The notes beneath the pieces were generated by a model. It was not told where the DNA came from. It ran no database searches and saw nothing but the letters and a program-made list of their open reading frames with translations. From a virus: DNA of 64,000 bases. Position numbers and translations under genes: made by a program. Shown one piece after another: positions 56,159 through 64,000 of this stretch (position 1 is its first letter; every line of letters starts with the position of its first letter). The stretch covers positions 1 to 64,000 of the IMG/VR virus record IMGVR_UViG_3300043411_000952, one strand, 5' to 3'.

Positions 56159-57148
56159 ATGACTCAAGATCCATCATTAACTCAGCTTTATAAGGCGATG
56201 GATCCTGCCGTAAAGGGTAAGATCAAGCATAAGATTCATGATCTTGCTACTTCTGACGGGCAGACAATAACAATGCCTGACCCTCTTTCTCCTTATAAGC
56301 AGGACACTATGGAGATGAGTCCACTACAATGGATGTCTACTTATGACGATAAGTTTAAAAGTCAGAATCCAGAGTATGCAGCATTAAACGCATACTATCA
56401 TCCGCATCAAAGTAATCGGTCCTTTGGGTATGCTATGGGGGATAAGCTTAACCGTTTGTATAAAGGTTATGGTCCTGCTATTGGTGAAATATTAAACAAA
56501 GGACCACTCGCCGGGGGACTATTATCTATGGCTCCCGGGATGCTATTGGGAGCGGTAGGATCCGGGGCATTAAATATGCTTACAGGTAAAGCTATGACCT
56601 CCGATATGCTAAGGAACGCCTTAATAGGCGGCTTAGCCACCGGCTCGTTAGGAGCGTACAGTGGGTACCTACGCAAATACAAACCCCAATGGGACGCGCC
56701 TGAGGCAGAGCCAGAAAAATGGGCTCCAGATGAACTTAAAAATTTTAATACCAATGCCAAGGCTAGAGTTCTAGCCGCTCTCAGCAAGCAAGGTGCTCAG
56801 ACCAAATCAGCGGCTATGGGTTCTGCGGAAGCTCAAGCTAGAGTAGTGCAGTTAATTCAAGCAGCCCCTGGTATGTCTTTTACAGAAAAAAGCCAGCTCA
56901 TAGCAGGCGTATCCCAACTATCCAGCGGTGAAGTTTCGCAATTATCTAATTCACTAATAGGTATGGGCGGTGCTGCTGTAGGTGCTGTCGTAGCTAGATT
57001 TTTAATGAATAAAGGTTTGATTGGTACTGTATTAGGCGCTATTTTTGGTGGTACTGTTGCCAGGTCTTTATTCGGCTCAGCTGTTCCACGGAACGATCTA
57101 GGTCAACCATCTTTTCAAGGAAGAACTCTATTAGGACAATATCTTTAA
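56159..57148 (+). CDS. Putative virion protein with Gly-zipper helices
   Basis: Multiple GxxxG hydrophobic segments; TKSAA. Confidence 0.6.
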   Translation: MTQDPSLTQLYKAMDPAVKGKIKHKIHDLATSDGQTITMPDPLSPYKQDTMEMSPLQWMSTYDDKFKSQNPEYAALNAYYHPHQSNRSFGYAMGDKLNRLYKGYGPAIGEILNKGPLAGGLLSMAPGMLLGAVGSGALNMLTGKAMTSDMLRNALIGGLATGSLGAYSGYLRKYKPQWDAPEAEPEKWAPDELKNFNTNAKARVLAALSKQGAQTKSAAMGSAEAQARVVQLIQAAPGMSFTEKSQLIAGVSQLSSGEVSQLSNSLIGMGGAAVGAVVARFLMNKGLIGTVLGAIFGGTVARSLFGSAVPRNDLGQPSFQGRTLLGQYL

Positions 57149-57149
57149 C

Positions 57150-57797
57150 ATGAATGATTCATCATTTTTTAATTTAGGCGCTAAGCTAGCTTCCGCCGCA
57201 TTAGGTCGGGATCCGCAAAGTCTTGTAACTATATCTGGATTAGTTTCTACTATCGATAATCCTAAGGAGGCAAACTATGGTTTTGCGCAGAAGTTTGTAT
57301 GCAAAGTTGCAGCAGATGCTTTTGCAGAAGCAGGACGTAAATCTGAACTAGAGTTTCATATTTTTGAAAAGCTTGCGCATACGCCAGTTTGGTATGCAGA
57401 GTTTGACGCATACTCTGATGCTGCGCTGATGGCGATAGGCAAAATAGCAGCCGAGAATGAGCAGCAAATCAAAGAGGCTTCTTCCGAGGAAATAGTTAAA
57501 CAGGCGAATAACCTTTTGCCGAATTTGGTTTCCATGGCAGGCAAATCTACACCAGATATCGTTAAGAGTATTGCTACAGCGGGTGCTGTTGGTGGCGGTA
57601 TTACTGGCGGATTATACTGGCTTCTTAATAGGCACTCGCAGGAAGACGAAGATGAGGCCGAAGTTGTTAAAGCCAAAATCGATTATTATAATAAGATTTC
57701 AGACGAAATTAAAAGACAGCTTGGTACTAAAAAGCTTGCGCCTTCCCAGATTGCGGCTCAAGTACAAGAGATAGCAGCTAGAGAAAACCTATTTTAA
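57150..57797 (+). CDS. Putative virion protein (K-x-A rich)
   Basis: AKLAS, CKVAA, EKLAH, GKIAA, IKEAS, VKQAN; Gly-rich helix. Confidence 0.6.
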   Translation: MNDSSFFNLGAKLASAALGRDPQSLVTISGLVSTIDNPKEANYGFAQKFVCKVAADAFAEAGRKSELEFHIFEKLAHTPVWYAEFDAYSDAALMAIGKIAAENEQQIKEASSEEIVKQANNLLPNLVSMAGKSTPDIVKSIATAGAVGGGITGGLYWLLNRHSQEDEDEAEVVKAKIDYYNKISDEIKRQLGTKKLAPSQIAAQVQEIAARENLF

Positions 57798-57803
57798 TTT
57801 CTT

Positions 57804-58238
57804 ATGATAAGTGCAGATGAGTTACAATCCATGATGGATCCAGGAGCGGCGGTTAGCGTGGATGCTAGCAAAATCTTGCCTATGTTCGCCTCCCCGGAAA
57901 CACAAACAGCAGACGGGAATGACACAGCCGCTGATTCTGGATTTGAAGAAAATAAGGATCCTAAAGGAAAGTCAATTTGGATAAATACTCCTACCTTTGA
58001 AGATCAGTATAAACGCTTTCCTGAGACTACAAGAATGGTAGGTCCCGTCGTAGCTGTGTACGATGCAGCCAACACAGAACAACTTAAAGAATTAAATGCT
58101 CTACTCGCGAAGCAACAACCAGAAGATGCTCCTTCTATTCTTATCGCCAGCCGAAAAGAAAATTTCCATGAAGGAAAATGGTTGATGCTTTTGGAATATT
58201 TTAGAGTAGAATACAAGCAACTTATTACCACTTCTTAA
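57804..58238 (+). CDS. Hypothetical protein
   Basis: 144 aa in the structural operon. Confidence 0.7.
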   Translation: MISADELQSMMDPGAAVSVDASKILPMFASPETQTADGNDTAADSGFEENKDPKGKSIWINTPTFEDQYKRFPETTRMVGPVVAVYDAANTEQLKELNALLAKQQPEDAPSILIASRKENFHEGKWLMLLEYFRVEYKQLITTS

Positions 58239-58239
58239 A

Positions 58240-59616
58240 ATGGAAAAGATAGCCTTAACTCCTCGTAGTAAAGAATTAATTAAAAATTACCTCATTGGCG
58301 GTGCTGCTATTGGTGGCTCTGGTGCTTTACTGACTTCATTGGTTAATTATATTAATACACTGAAACAACAAGTACCTGCTGATGCTGAAAAAGAAGATGA
58401 TGACACTCTTTATTTAAATGTAGGTAAGACTGCTAATGAGAGTTCAGGCGCTATGGATTTCACTGCTGGTGGTCTGGCCTTGACTGGTGGTTTATTGTCT
58501 ACCCTTGGTACTTATGCTTTAGTAAGAAAGCTTTATCAGAACGTTAAGCGTAAACAACTACAGGAGCAGTTGGATCACGCGCAGCAGTCGTTTATTGAAA
58601 ATGCTAATATGGAAGCGCAAGCTAAGAATGCTGCCGCTGCTCCCGGCGAGCCTATGGGTTTAACAGAGCTCGGCTGGTCTGCGCCTGTTGCCTTTGCGTT
58701 ACTCAGCGCTATAGCCGCTGGCGCTTTAACTAACAAGGCTTTAGATAAGACCTTTCCAAGTATTAAGAAACCTAAAGATACAGCACCTAAACGTATTGTT
58801 GTGCGTAAGACTCCTGAAAAGGAACCAGCTGCGGAAGAAGAGAAGCTGGCCTACGATAAGGTAGCAGCATCAGAGCAAGCAGATGACGCTTTAGAATTCT
58901 TGGTCCACCTTTGCATGGGCAGTAAATCCGCTTCTCAATCTGAGTTAGTTGATATTGTGCATGCGGTTGCAGAAGGTAGAGGTCCTGACTTAACTACACA
59001 TATCCTTGAGTATGGTTTTGAATCTGCTATGGACACTATTAAAGGTGCTTCAGATTCCAGCCTTACACCAGTGCAGAAACAGTGCGCTATTGGTTATTGT
59101 GTCAAAAGCGCAGCATTAAACCCTATTGTGTCTTTGCTGGCAGCAGCGGAGTACATGGATATGGCTCCTAAATTCACCAAGATAGCTAGCTTACAGACTG
59201 AAGAGTGCGTGGATACACTCCTTAAAATTGCTGGCACCATTGGTGCTTTGAATAGGAGTGAGACAGCCGGTGGACTTACGAATGGTTTAGAGACCAGTGA
59301 TACTGCTAATGAATTGTCCCTGGAAGATATACTGGCTTTGATCAATAAGATTAAAGGACAAGGGCTAGCGGATGGAGAACAAGTGGATGGCGAGCATCTG
59401 TCTGAAAATGATGACATTGAGCAAAATGAGGATTTTAATACGGAAGACAGTATTGACTCTGGTGAGGAGAAACATACTAATGACCGTAAACCTCTTGCTA
59501 CCGGAGCTGCCACGCCAGATGTGATTGACGAATTATCTGAAGATGATGACTTGATTGATCAGGCAATGTCTGCTCCTGTTACTCCTGCCAAAGCAGTAGC
59601 GGCAGAAAACAAATGA
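58240..59616 (+). CDS. Putative virion protein (K-x-A rich, hydrophobic helices)
   Basis: EKIAL, GKTAN, AKNAA, EKLAY, DKVAA, SKSAS, VKSAA, TKIAS. Confidence 0.6.
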   Translation: MEKIALTPRSKELIKNYLIGGAAIGGSGALLTSLVNYINTLKQQVPADAEKEDDDTLYLNVGKTANESSGAMDFTAGGLALTGGLLSTLGTYALVRKLYQNVKRKQLQEQLDHAQQSFIENANMEAQAKNAAAAPGEPMGLTELGWSAPVAFALLSAIAAGALTNKALDKTFPSIKKPKDTAPKRIVVRKTPEKEPAAEEEKLAYDKVAASEQADDALEFLVHLCMGSKSASQSELVDIVHAVAEGRGPDLTTHILEYGFESAMDTIKGASDSSLTPVQKQCAIGYCVKSAALNPIVSLLAAAEYMDMAPKFTKIASLQTEECVDTLLKIAGTIGALNRSETAGGLTNGLETSDTANELSLEDILALINKIKGQGLADGEQVDGEHLSENDDIEQNEDFNTEDSIDSGEEKHTNDRKPLATGAATPDVIDELSEDDDLIDQAMSAPVTPAKAVAAENK

Positions 59617-60083
59617 GTGTACCTCGAAATAAAACATCAGCGTCCAAGCTTATAGCGTTAATAAATAAGAGCGCAAAGGTTGGGCGTTATAAGGTATCCC
59701 CTAAAGAAGCCAGGACTTACAACGGTATTGTCTTTGATTCTAAATGGGAGGCTGAGACATATAAGTTACTACTTACTTTATTACCTGAAGGTGTAAAGAT
59801 TCATAAGCAGGTTAATTTCCTTTTACAGGAAAAGTTCAAGGACTCTAATGGTAAGGCTGTACGGGAGATTAATTACCTAGCCGATTTTGTAATTACCCGG
59901 GAGGAGGAGTTACAGGCTAATGTAATTCCTGAGGATGCCTTTGTTATTGATTCCAAAGGACACCTTACTGATATATTTAAAATAAAGAATAAGCTGTTCA
60001 TGTATAAATACAGAGCCCTTATTCATCAGGTTAAATCTGCTAAAGATGTAGCAGTTGTTGTTGATTTATATAAGGCGCAATAG
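59613..60083 (+). CDS. DUF1064-like PD-(D/E)xK nuclease
   Basis: GIVFDSKWEA, QVNF.L, YLADF, IDSKG. Confidence 0.8.
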   Translation: MSVPRNKTSASKLIALINKSAKVGRYKVSPKEARTYNGIVFDSKWEAETYKLLLTLLPEGVKIHKQVNFLLQEKFKDSNGKAVREINYLADFVITREEELQANVIPEDAFVIDSKGHLTDIFKIKNKLFMYKYRALIHQVKSAKDVAVVVDLYKAQ

Positions 60084-60093
60084 GGTATCCCCT

Positions 60094-60114
60094 TGTGCTA
60101 TATATAATTGTAGC
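60094..60114 (+). promoter_or_regulatory. Recurring promoter-like motif, variant
   Basis: TGTGCTATATATAATTGTAGC. Confidence 0.7.
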
Positions 60115-60410
60115 GGATAGCAGTATCTAATACATTTAGTTAAAATTTATACCACACATGGGACCAGATCAGGTCCAGGTGAAATTCCTTGAAATACGTG
60201 CATACCCTAGTTGCCCTGGTCCAGGCAAGCAAGTATGTAAATAAGTTCAAGATGAAAACGCGTGGGTGTAAGTCCCACCACCTGGTAAGCGAGATAAAAA
60301 AATTGGAGCAATCCAAGCCCATAAGAGGGCCGCGAAGTCAACATCTAACGAGATGCTCTGCAACCAATTCAGCCGAAAGGCAAACACGATAGGGTAGTTG
60401 AAAACAACAA
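60115..60410 (+). ncRNA. Candidate structured RNA or long leader
   Basis: Series of GNRA-capped and T-loop-like hairpins after the promoter motif. Confidence 0.4.
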
Positions 60411-60430
60411 AACCAAACAAAATAAAGTAT

Positions 60431-60658
60431 ATGAGTACTAAAGTCGGAACCATACACACGCCCAACACAAAAAAAGGCGGATACCCGTATTACGGGAATC
60501 CTGTAAACCTTTACCTTGGGGAAGGTGACCCAGCGGGCATGTGTCACGCTTGTGAAGAACCAGCTGAATTAGGGTTGCCAGAAAGCCACCCGACAATCCG
60601 CCGCCCAGATCTGGGCGGCGGATTCTACATGGCGGCTCTTTTCCCAATCCCCGCATAA
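60431..60658 (+). CDS. Small hypothetical protein
   Basis: A-rich leader; followed by a terminator. Confidence 0.5.
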   Translation: MSTKVGTIHTPNTKKGGYPYYGNPVNLYLGEGDPAGMCHACEEPAELGLPESHPTIRRPDLGGGFYMAALFPIPA

Positions 60659-60659
60659 G

Positions 60660-60698
60660 AAAGAAAGGGGGTGTGGCTTTGCTGCATCTCCCTTTTTT
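60660..60698 (+). terminator. Intrinsic terminator
   Basis: AAAGGGGGTGTGGC-TTT-GCTGCATCTCCC plus T6. Confidence 0.7.
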
Positions 60699-60733
60699 AC
60701 CTATCATTTACACAGGCAATAGGTATAGCCCAC

Positions 60734-60752
60734 GGGTTATATATAATTGTAA
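60734..60752 (+). promoter_or_regulatory. Recurring promoter-like motif, variant
   Basis: GGGTTATATATAATTGTAA. Confidence 0.6.
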
Positions 60753-60794
60753 GCCCCCACTATAGCTGTTGGGGTAAAAAATAAATACAAAATC

Positions 60795-61274
60795 ATGAAG
60801 ACAATATATGCGTCGTTTACTCGCTTGTTGGCCGATCTTCGGCACGGCAATGTTACACTGCAAGAACTGGAAGGAGCTGATGCTTTCTTCGCCTTCGGAT
60901 GCTCATATGGGCATGCACACCATCCAGAGGTCCCCATCGGAATAAACAATGACATCCTCAGTAATGAGGTGTCGTGGATGTGGCCTAGTGGTGTCCGCAA
61001 CATCGCCTCGCCAGAGGGCTTCAAAGCACACACGCGCCTAATGGAGATCGTTGACCAGGCGGACGAAGAGTCCCGAGTTTTCTGGTTTATGGATGAGCGC
61101 CTAGAAGGTGTCCCAACTCGTCTCAACATGTGCGGCCCCGCATTCCGCGAGAAGCTGCAACAGTTCATGGGCTGCGAGATTCCGGTTGAGCTGGAGGCAT
61201 GGCAAAGTGGCGCTCCAAGTCTCGGAGAGCTGATAACAAAGGCCTGCTTGGATCTTAAGGTTCATGGTGCTTAG
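60795..61274 (+). CDS. Hypothetical GC-rich cassette gene
   Basis: 159 aa; motif upstream, hairpin 61285-61320 downstream. Confidence 0.7.
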   Translation: MKTIYASFTRLLADLRHGNVTLQELEGADAFFAFGCSYGHAHHPEVPIGINNDILSNEVSWMWPSGVRNIASPEGFKAHTRLMEIVDQADEESRVFWFMDERLEGVPTRLNMCGPAFREKLQQFMGCEIPVELEAWQSGAPSLGELITKACLDLKVHGA

Positions 61275-61353
61275 TGGTAATCAGAAAAATATGTGCTACC
61301 AATAGTGGCGCATATTTTTTATATATCCTTATGCATGTAATACGCGTAGTATG

Positions 61354-61374
61354 TGTGTTATATAAATTTGTACG
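61354..61374 (+). promoter_or_regulatory. Recurring promoter-like motif, copy 4
   Basis: Exact 21-nt copy. Confidence 0.75.
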
Positions 61375-61417
61375 GATAGCAATATCTGTTAACAAACCAA
61401 GAGAAATAATACATCCT

Positions 61418-61687
61418 ATGAATAAAAACAAAGACATGAAGACATTCCTCTTGCGGCGAGCAAAAGGTTTAGACACTGGCTGGGTCACTGGCCTGCATGA
61501 ACAACTGCGGTTGAGGTTACAGGAGAGATGCGCGCCGCCGCGTGACTTCTGTAGCGCTGCGTTTAGTTACAGCAGCGCCTTCGCGTCGCCAGGTTGGGTA
61601 TCCAGGGAAGCAGTTGCCCGAGCAGCGGCTAAGGCTGCTAAGCCGAGAAACGTGTTGGGGAAAGAACTCCCCAGCCTCTGCTGCTAA
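61418..61687 (+). CDS. Small hypothetical cassette gene
   Basis: First ATG after the motif; hairpin 61740-61770 with a T-rich tail downstream. Confidence 0.45.
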   Translation: MNKNKDMKTFLLRRAKGLDTGWVTGLHEQLRLRLQERCAPPRDFCSAAFSYSSAFASPGWVSREAVARAAAKAAKPRNVLGKELPSLCC

Positions 61688-61780
61688 CGCAGTAAACAAA
61701 CACAGGTGGCACATGTGTTGTTGTTTGGTTCATGGCCTAGACCCGCGTCGTAGCCACCACGGCGCGGGTCACTTTCCTTT

Positions 61781-62137
61781 TTATTTATTGAAAACTTGTT
61801 TGTATGCCTGGTTGTGCGTTAATTTGTTTTTGGTAATGAGATCGCACATTTGAGCAATATTTTTCAATGAGAGTTCTGGATTATGAATTTCTCCATGGCA
61901 GTTGTGGCATACCAAAGCGCACTTGCTAAGCTCTTCTTCAGCGCCACGCAGAGACAATGTAATCAGATAAGTTCCTGACAGCCTTGTAACTTTATCTCTT
62001 ATGTGGTGAAAAGCTAAACTCGAAATATTCTTTTTGTATCCGCATATCACGCACTTACCTCCTGCCTTTTTTATGAGACCGTACTTCCTTGTTAGTCTCA
62101 TTACTCTATTTCTTTTTGAAGATGAGGGACTAGGCAT
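61781..62137 (-). CDS. Free-standing HNH endonuclease
   Basis: GGKCVICGYKKN...L.FHH...KCALVCHNCHGEIH. Start 62137 is supported by TTGCCG-N16-TATATT-N5-ATG. Confidence 0.85.
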   Translation of the reverse strand: MPSPSSSKRNRVMRLTRKYGLIKKAGGKCVICGYKKNISSLAFHHIRDKVTRLSGTYLITLSLRGAEEELSKCALVCHNCHGEIHNPELSLKNIAQMCDLITKNKLTHNQAYKQVFNK

Positions 62138-62284
62138 GATGTAATATACGGTAAGTGGCGTAGGCGGCAAGCCATCTTCAGAGCGTATCGTTTGCGTTCT
62201 TTGACCTCGAGTGAGGTTGACATGCATTTATCAAATAAACTCTTGCGCTAAGAGGGATATTGGTTAATGCATGGAATTCTCTTT

Positions 62285-62359
62285 ACCCGGTTCGTTCAAA
62301 GGATAGGACAGAGCTCTTCTAAAGCTTTAATAGGGGTTCGATTCCCTTACCGGGTACCA
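62285..62359 (+). tRNA. tRNA-Arg(TCT)
   Basis: ACCCGGT/ACCGGGT acceptor, anticodon loop CT-TCT-AA, GGTTCGATTCC, encoded CCA. Confidence 0.92.
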
Positions 62360-62383
62360 GTTCTTTGACATTATTTAATTTTC

Positions 62384-62458
62384 AGGGGTATAGCTCAGCG
62401 GTAGAGCGGCATCTTGATAAGGTGCATGTCGTAGGTTCAAATCCTACTATCCCTACCA
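62384..62458 (+). tRNA. tRNA-Ile(GAT)
   Basis: AGGGGTA/TATCCCT acceptor, loop TT-GAT-AA, GGTTCAAATCC, encoded CCA. Confidence 0.92.
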
Positions 62459-62481
62459 ATTTTCGGCTCGTAGCTCAATGG

Positions 62482-63045
62482 TTAGAGCAGGGAACTTAAA
62501 GCGTCAGTATCTAAGTTCATGTAAGGGTAGTGTTTCTCGGCGTGACAGTTAGCACATAATAACTCGCATTTCTCCATTTCTTCTTCCAGCCTTTTTAAAC
62601 TGGTGTTGGATAGCGCTCTGGAGTCTATCGAGAATTTTTTTGTTTTACTATCTTGGTGGTGAAAGTGTAACGCAGCTAAATTTTTTTTGTAGCCGCAGCA
62701 ATAGCACGCACCGCCTAGTAGTTTTATAAAAGCTAATTTTCTCGTTAACGCGCGCCCTTGTTGGTATGCATAATTGTTTGTTTCTGTTGCGCCAGTGCAA
62801 GATTTGGATTTGGATTTGCATGTTTTTGAACAGAATTTCACGGCGTTACCTTTCAAGTAGGCAGTACATATTTCGCATTTCGCGTTATTGTGTTCTTTAC
62901 TTTTGGGTGCGTGTAGTTTTATTCTGTTGCCTTCTCCAAATGGGCTGCAGGTTAGGCAGTATTTTCTATTGCCGAAATTCCTGCACTTTCCATTTATATG
63001 CACTTGAGTTTTAAATTCGGTTCCGCAGAGATTACATTTTTTCAT
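62482..63045 (-). CDS. Intron-encoded HNH endonuclease (antisense)
   Basis: Two N-terminal Zn fingers; GGAC..CGYKKN.AALHFHH...KCELLCANCHAEKH; own promoter TTGCGC-N16-TATATT. Confidence 0.88.
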   Translation of the reverse strand: MKKCNLCGTEFKTQVHINGKCRNFGNRKYCLTCSPFGEGNRIKLHAPKSKEHNNAKCEICTAYLKGNAVKFCSKTCKSKSKSCTGATETNNYAYQQGRALTRKLAFIKLLGGACYCCGYKKNLAALHFHHQDSKTKKFSIDSRALSNTSLKRLEEEMEKCELLCANCHAEKHYPYMNLDTDALSSLL

Positions 63046-63320
63046 ACCTTATAATATACATGAATATGATATTAGCGCAAGGGTCACTTATGAAGTAATT
63101 CATACTTGCATGTCGTCAAATTCGGTGGAGGCTTCTTTAATAAGATGTTAATACCGAGCCAAGCTTTTTAACGTCTTGTATGTTAAAAAGAAGGTGTAGA
63201 GACTTGATGGCGACTTCCCCACTTCAATTTAATGAAAGGGAAAAGGTAAAGTCCAAGACTCAAACTGAAAAGTGTTGAAAAACAATACTTACGTAAAGTG
63301 TTGATAATCAACGAGTTAAG
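62497..63320 (+). mobile_element. Group I intron in the tRNA anticodon loop (after U33)
   Basis: Exon ends in U and intron ends in G. P AAATTCGGTGGA 63118, Q AATACCGAGC 63150, R GTGTAGAGACTTGA 63194, S AAGGTAAAGTCC 63243; P3 GTCGTCA/TGGCGAC. Confidence 0.9.
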
Positions 63321-63389
63321 CATAATTCCTTGGTTGGGGGTTCGAATCCCTCCGGGCCGACTACTTTCGTTAGATAAACAAAACACAGA

Positions 63390-63809
63390 ATGAATGTAAC
63401 AAAATTAGTTGATCCCAATTGTGTCAGTCGTATGAACGTGAGTGACCTCACGGGTGCGTTAATTTACTGTCACTCTCCTTATAATGATCTAGAGGTTGAA
63501 GGTTCATATTCTGAAGATCCTGAAACAATGTTTTATGTAGGACTTGAGACTGATGACAATTGTCTAGCTGATCATCTCAGTATAAACGATTGGCTCTCCT
63601 CCATACCTGAATTTTCTAACAGTTCAAAGTATGAATTTGATTTTGGCGTGGCAGAATGTCTACATACTGTCAGAGTTAGAGTAGGCCCCAGTCTGGCGAC
63701 TGCTGCTGAAATTGAAGTCGCTTTAAATTTCATTAAGGATGTGCTGACTAAGTATACTAATTCTCTTGGTATTCCTTTGTCCTACTCTATTGATGATTCT
63801 TTACTTTAA
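63390..63809 (+). CDS. Hypothetical acidic protein
   Basis: 139 aa with an A/C-rich leader. Confidence 0.6.
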   Translation: MNVTKLVDPNCVSRMNVSDLTGALIYCHSPYNDLEVEGSYSEDPETMFYVGLETDDNCLADHLSINDWLSSIPEFSNSSKYEFDFGVAECLHTVRVRVGPSLATAAEIEVALNFIKDVLTKYTNSLGIPLSYSIDDSLL

Positions 63810-64000
63810 CAATTTGTCTTACGTGTATGAGGTAAGTCCTAAACACGAAAGCTGGTGAGGAACGGGTTAATATACGTCAGCCTCAGCCTAGCCAAGACAG
63901 CTAATTTGCCTATCGTGCCTGTGCTGGCCGATACCGATACCATGACGAGCGTAGTCCTCTGGACCGACATGCGGTAGAAGTGTAATAGAGCACAAACCCG

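Larger units (their letters stand above)
62464..63360 (+). tRNA. Intron-split tRNA with CAT anticodon (Ile2 or elongator Met); exons 62464-62496 and 63321-63360
   Basis: Joined exons fold into a cloverleaf: CGGCTCG/CGGGCCG acceptor, GGGAA-CT|CAT-AA-TTCCT, GGTTCGAATCC. No encoded CCA. Confidence 0.88.

Noticed and set aside
62464-63360. Initiator tRNA-fMet call
   Set aside because: It lacks the C1:A72 mismatch and the three consecutive G:C pairs next to the anticodon loop.
63821-63852. Hammerhead ribozyme
   Set aside because: ATGAG...GAAA is present but the CUGANGA core is absent.
1-64000. CRISPR array
   Set aside because: No regularly spaced repeat-spacer series was seen; the recurring 21-mer is dispersed and promoter-like.
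1-64000. Alternative genetic code or diversity-generating retroelement
   Set aside because: Genes are full length under the standard code, and no reverse transcriptase or TR/VR pair was seen.

Overview
This window is part of a large (jumbo-type) tailed dsDNA bacteriophage genome from an apparently uncultured lineage. It is AT-rich overall, with small GC-richer cassette genes. All product calls are motif-level readings with no database search. Modules: a tail/adhesin end (BspA/DUF285-like repeats), terminase large subunit, portal-like protein and many putative head-internal proteins rich in a K-x-A motif. It also has thymidylate synthase and a replication/recombination block (Mre11/Rad50-like pair, SF2 helicase, DnaB, primase, family-A polymerase, probable SSB, RecA, RecQ). 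Two separate genes encode pieces of an RNA polymerase beta subunit, and a tRNA cluster begins near the end. Selfish elements are dense: six inteins, a group I intron in a tRNA(CAU) carrying an antisense HNH gene, a free-standing paralogous HNH gene, and an HNH/NUMOD1 module fused in-frame inside ThyA with no splicing signature. The most striking observation is two DNA polymerase inteins whose interiors are dual-coding. The polymerase frame stays open as low-complexity filler, while an HNH endonuclease is encoded in the +1 frame and ends on the intein block F codons. Other highlights: a recurring ~20-bp promoter-like motif heading gene cassettes, two candidate structured ncRNAs, a solitary RAMP/Cas7-like gene, an Rmf-like protein, and a truncated kinase gene at an apparent recombination junction. 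No CRISPR array was seen.
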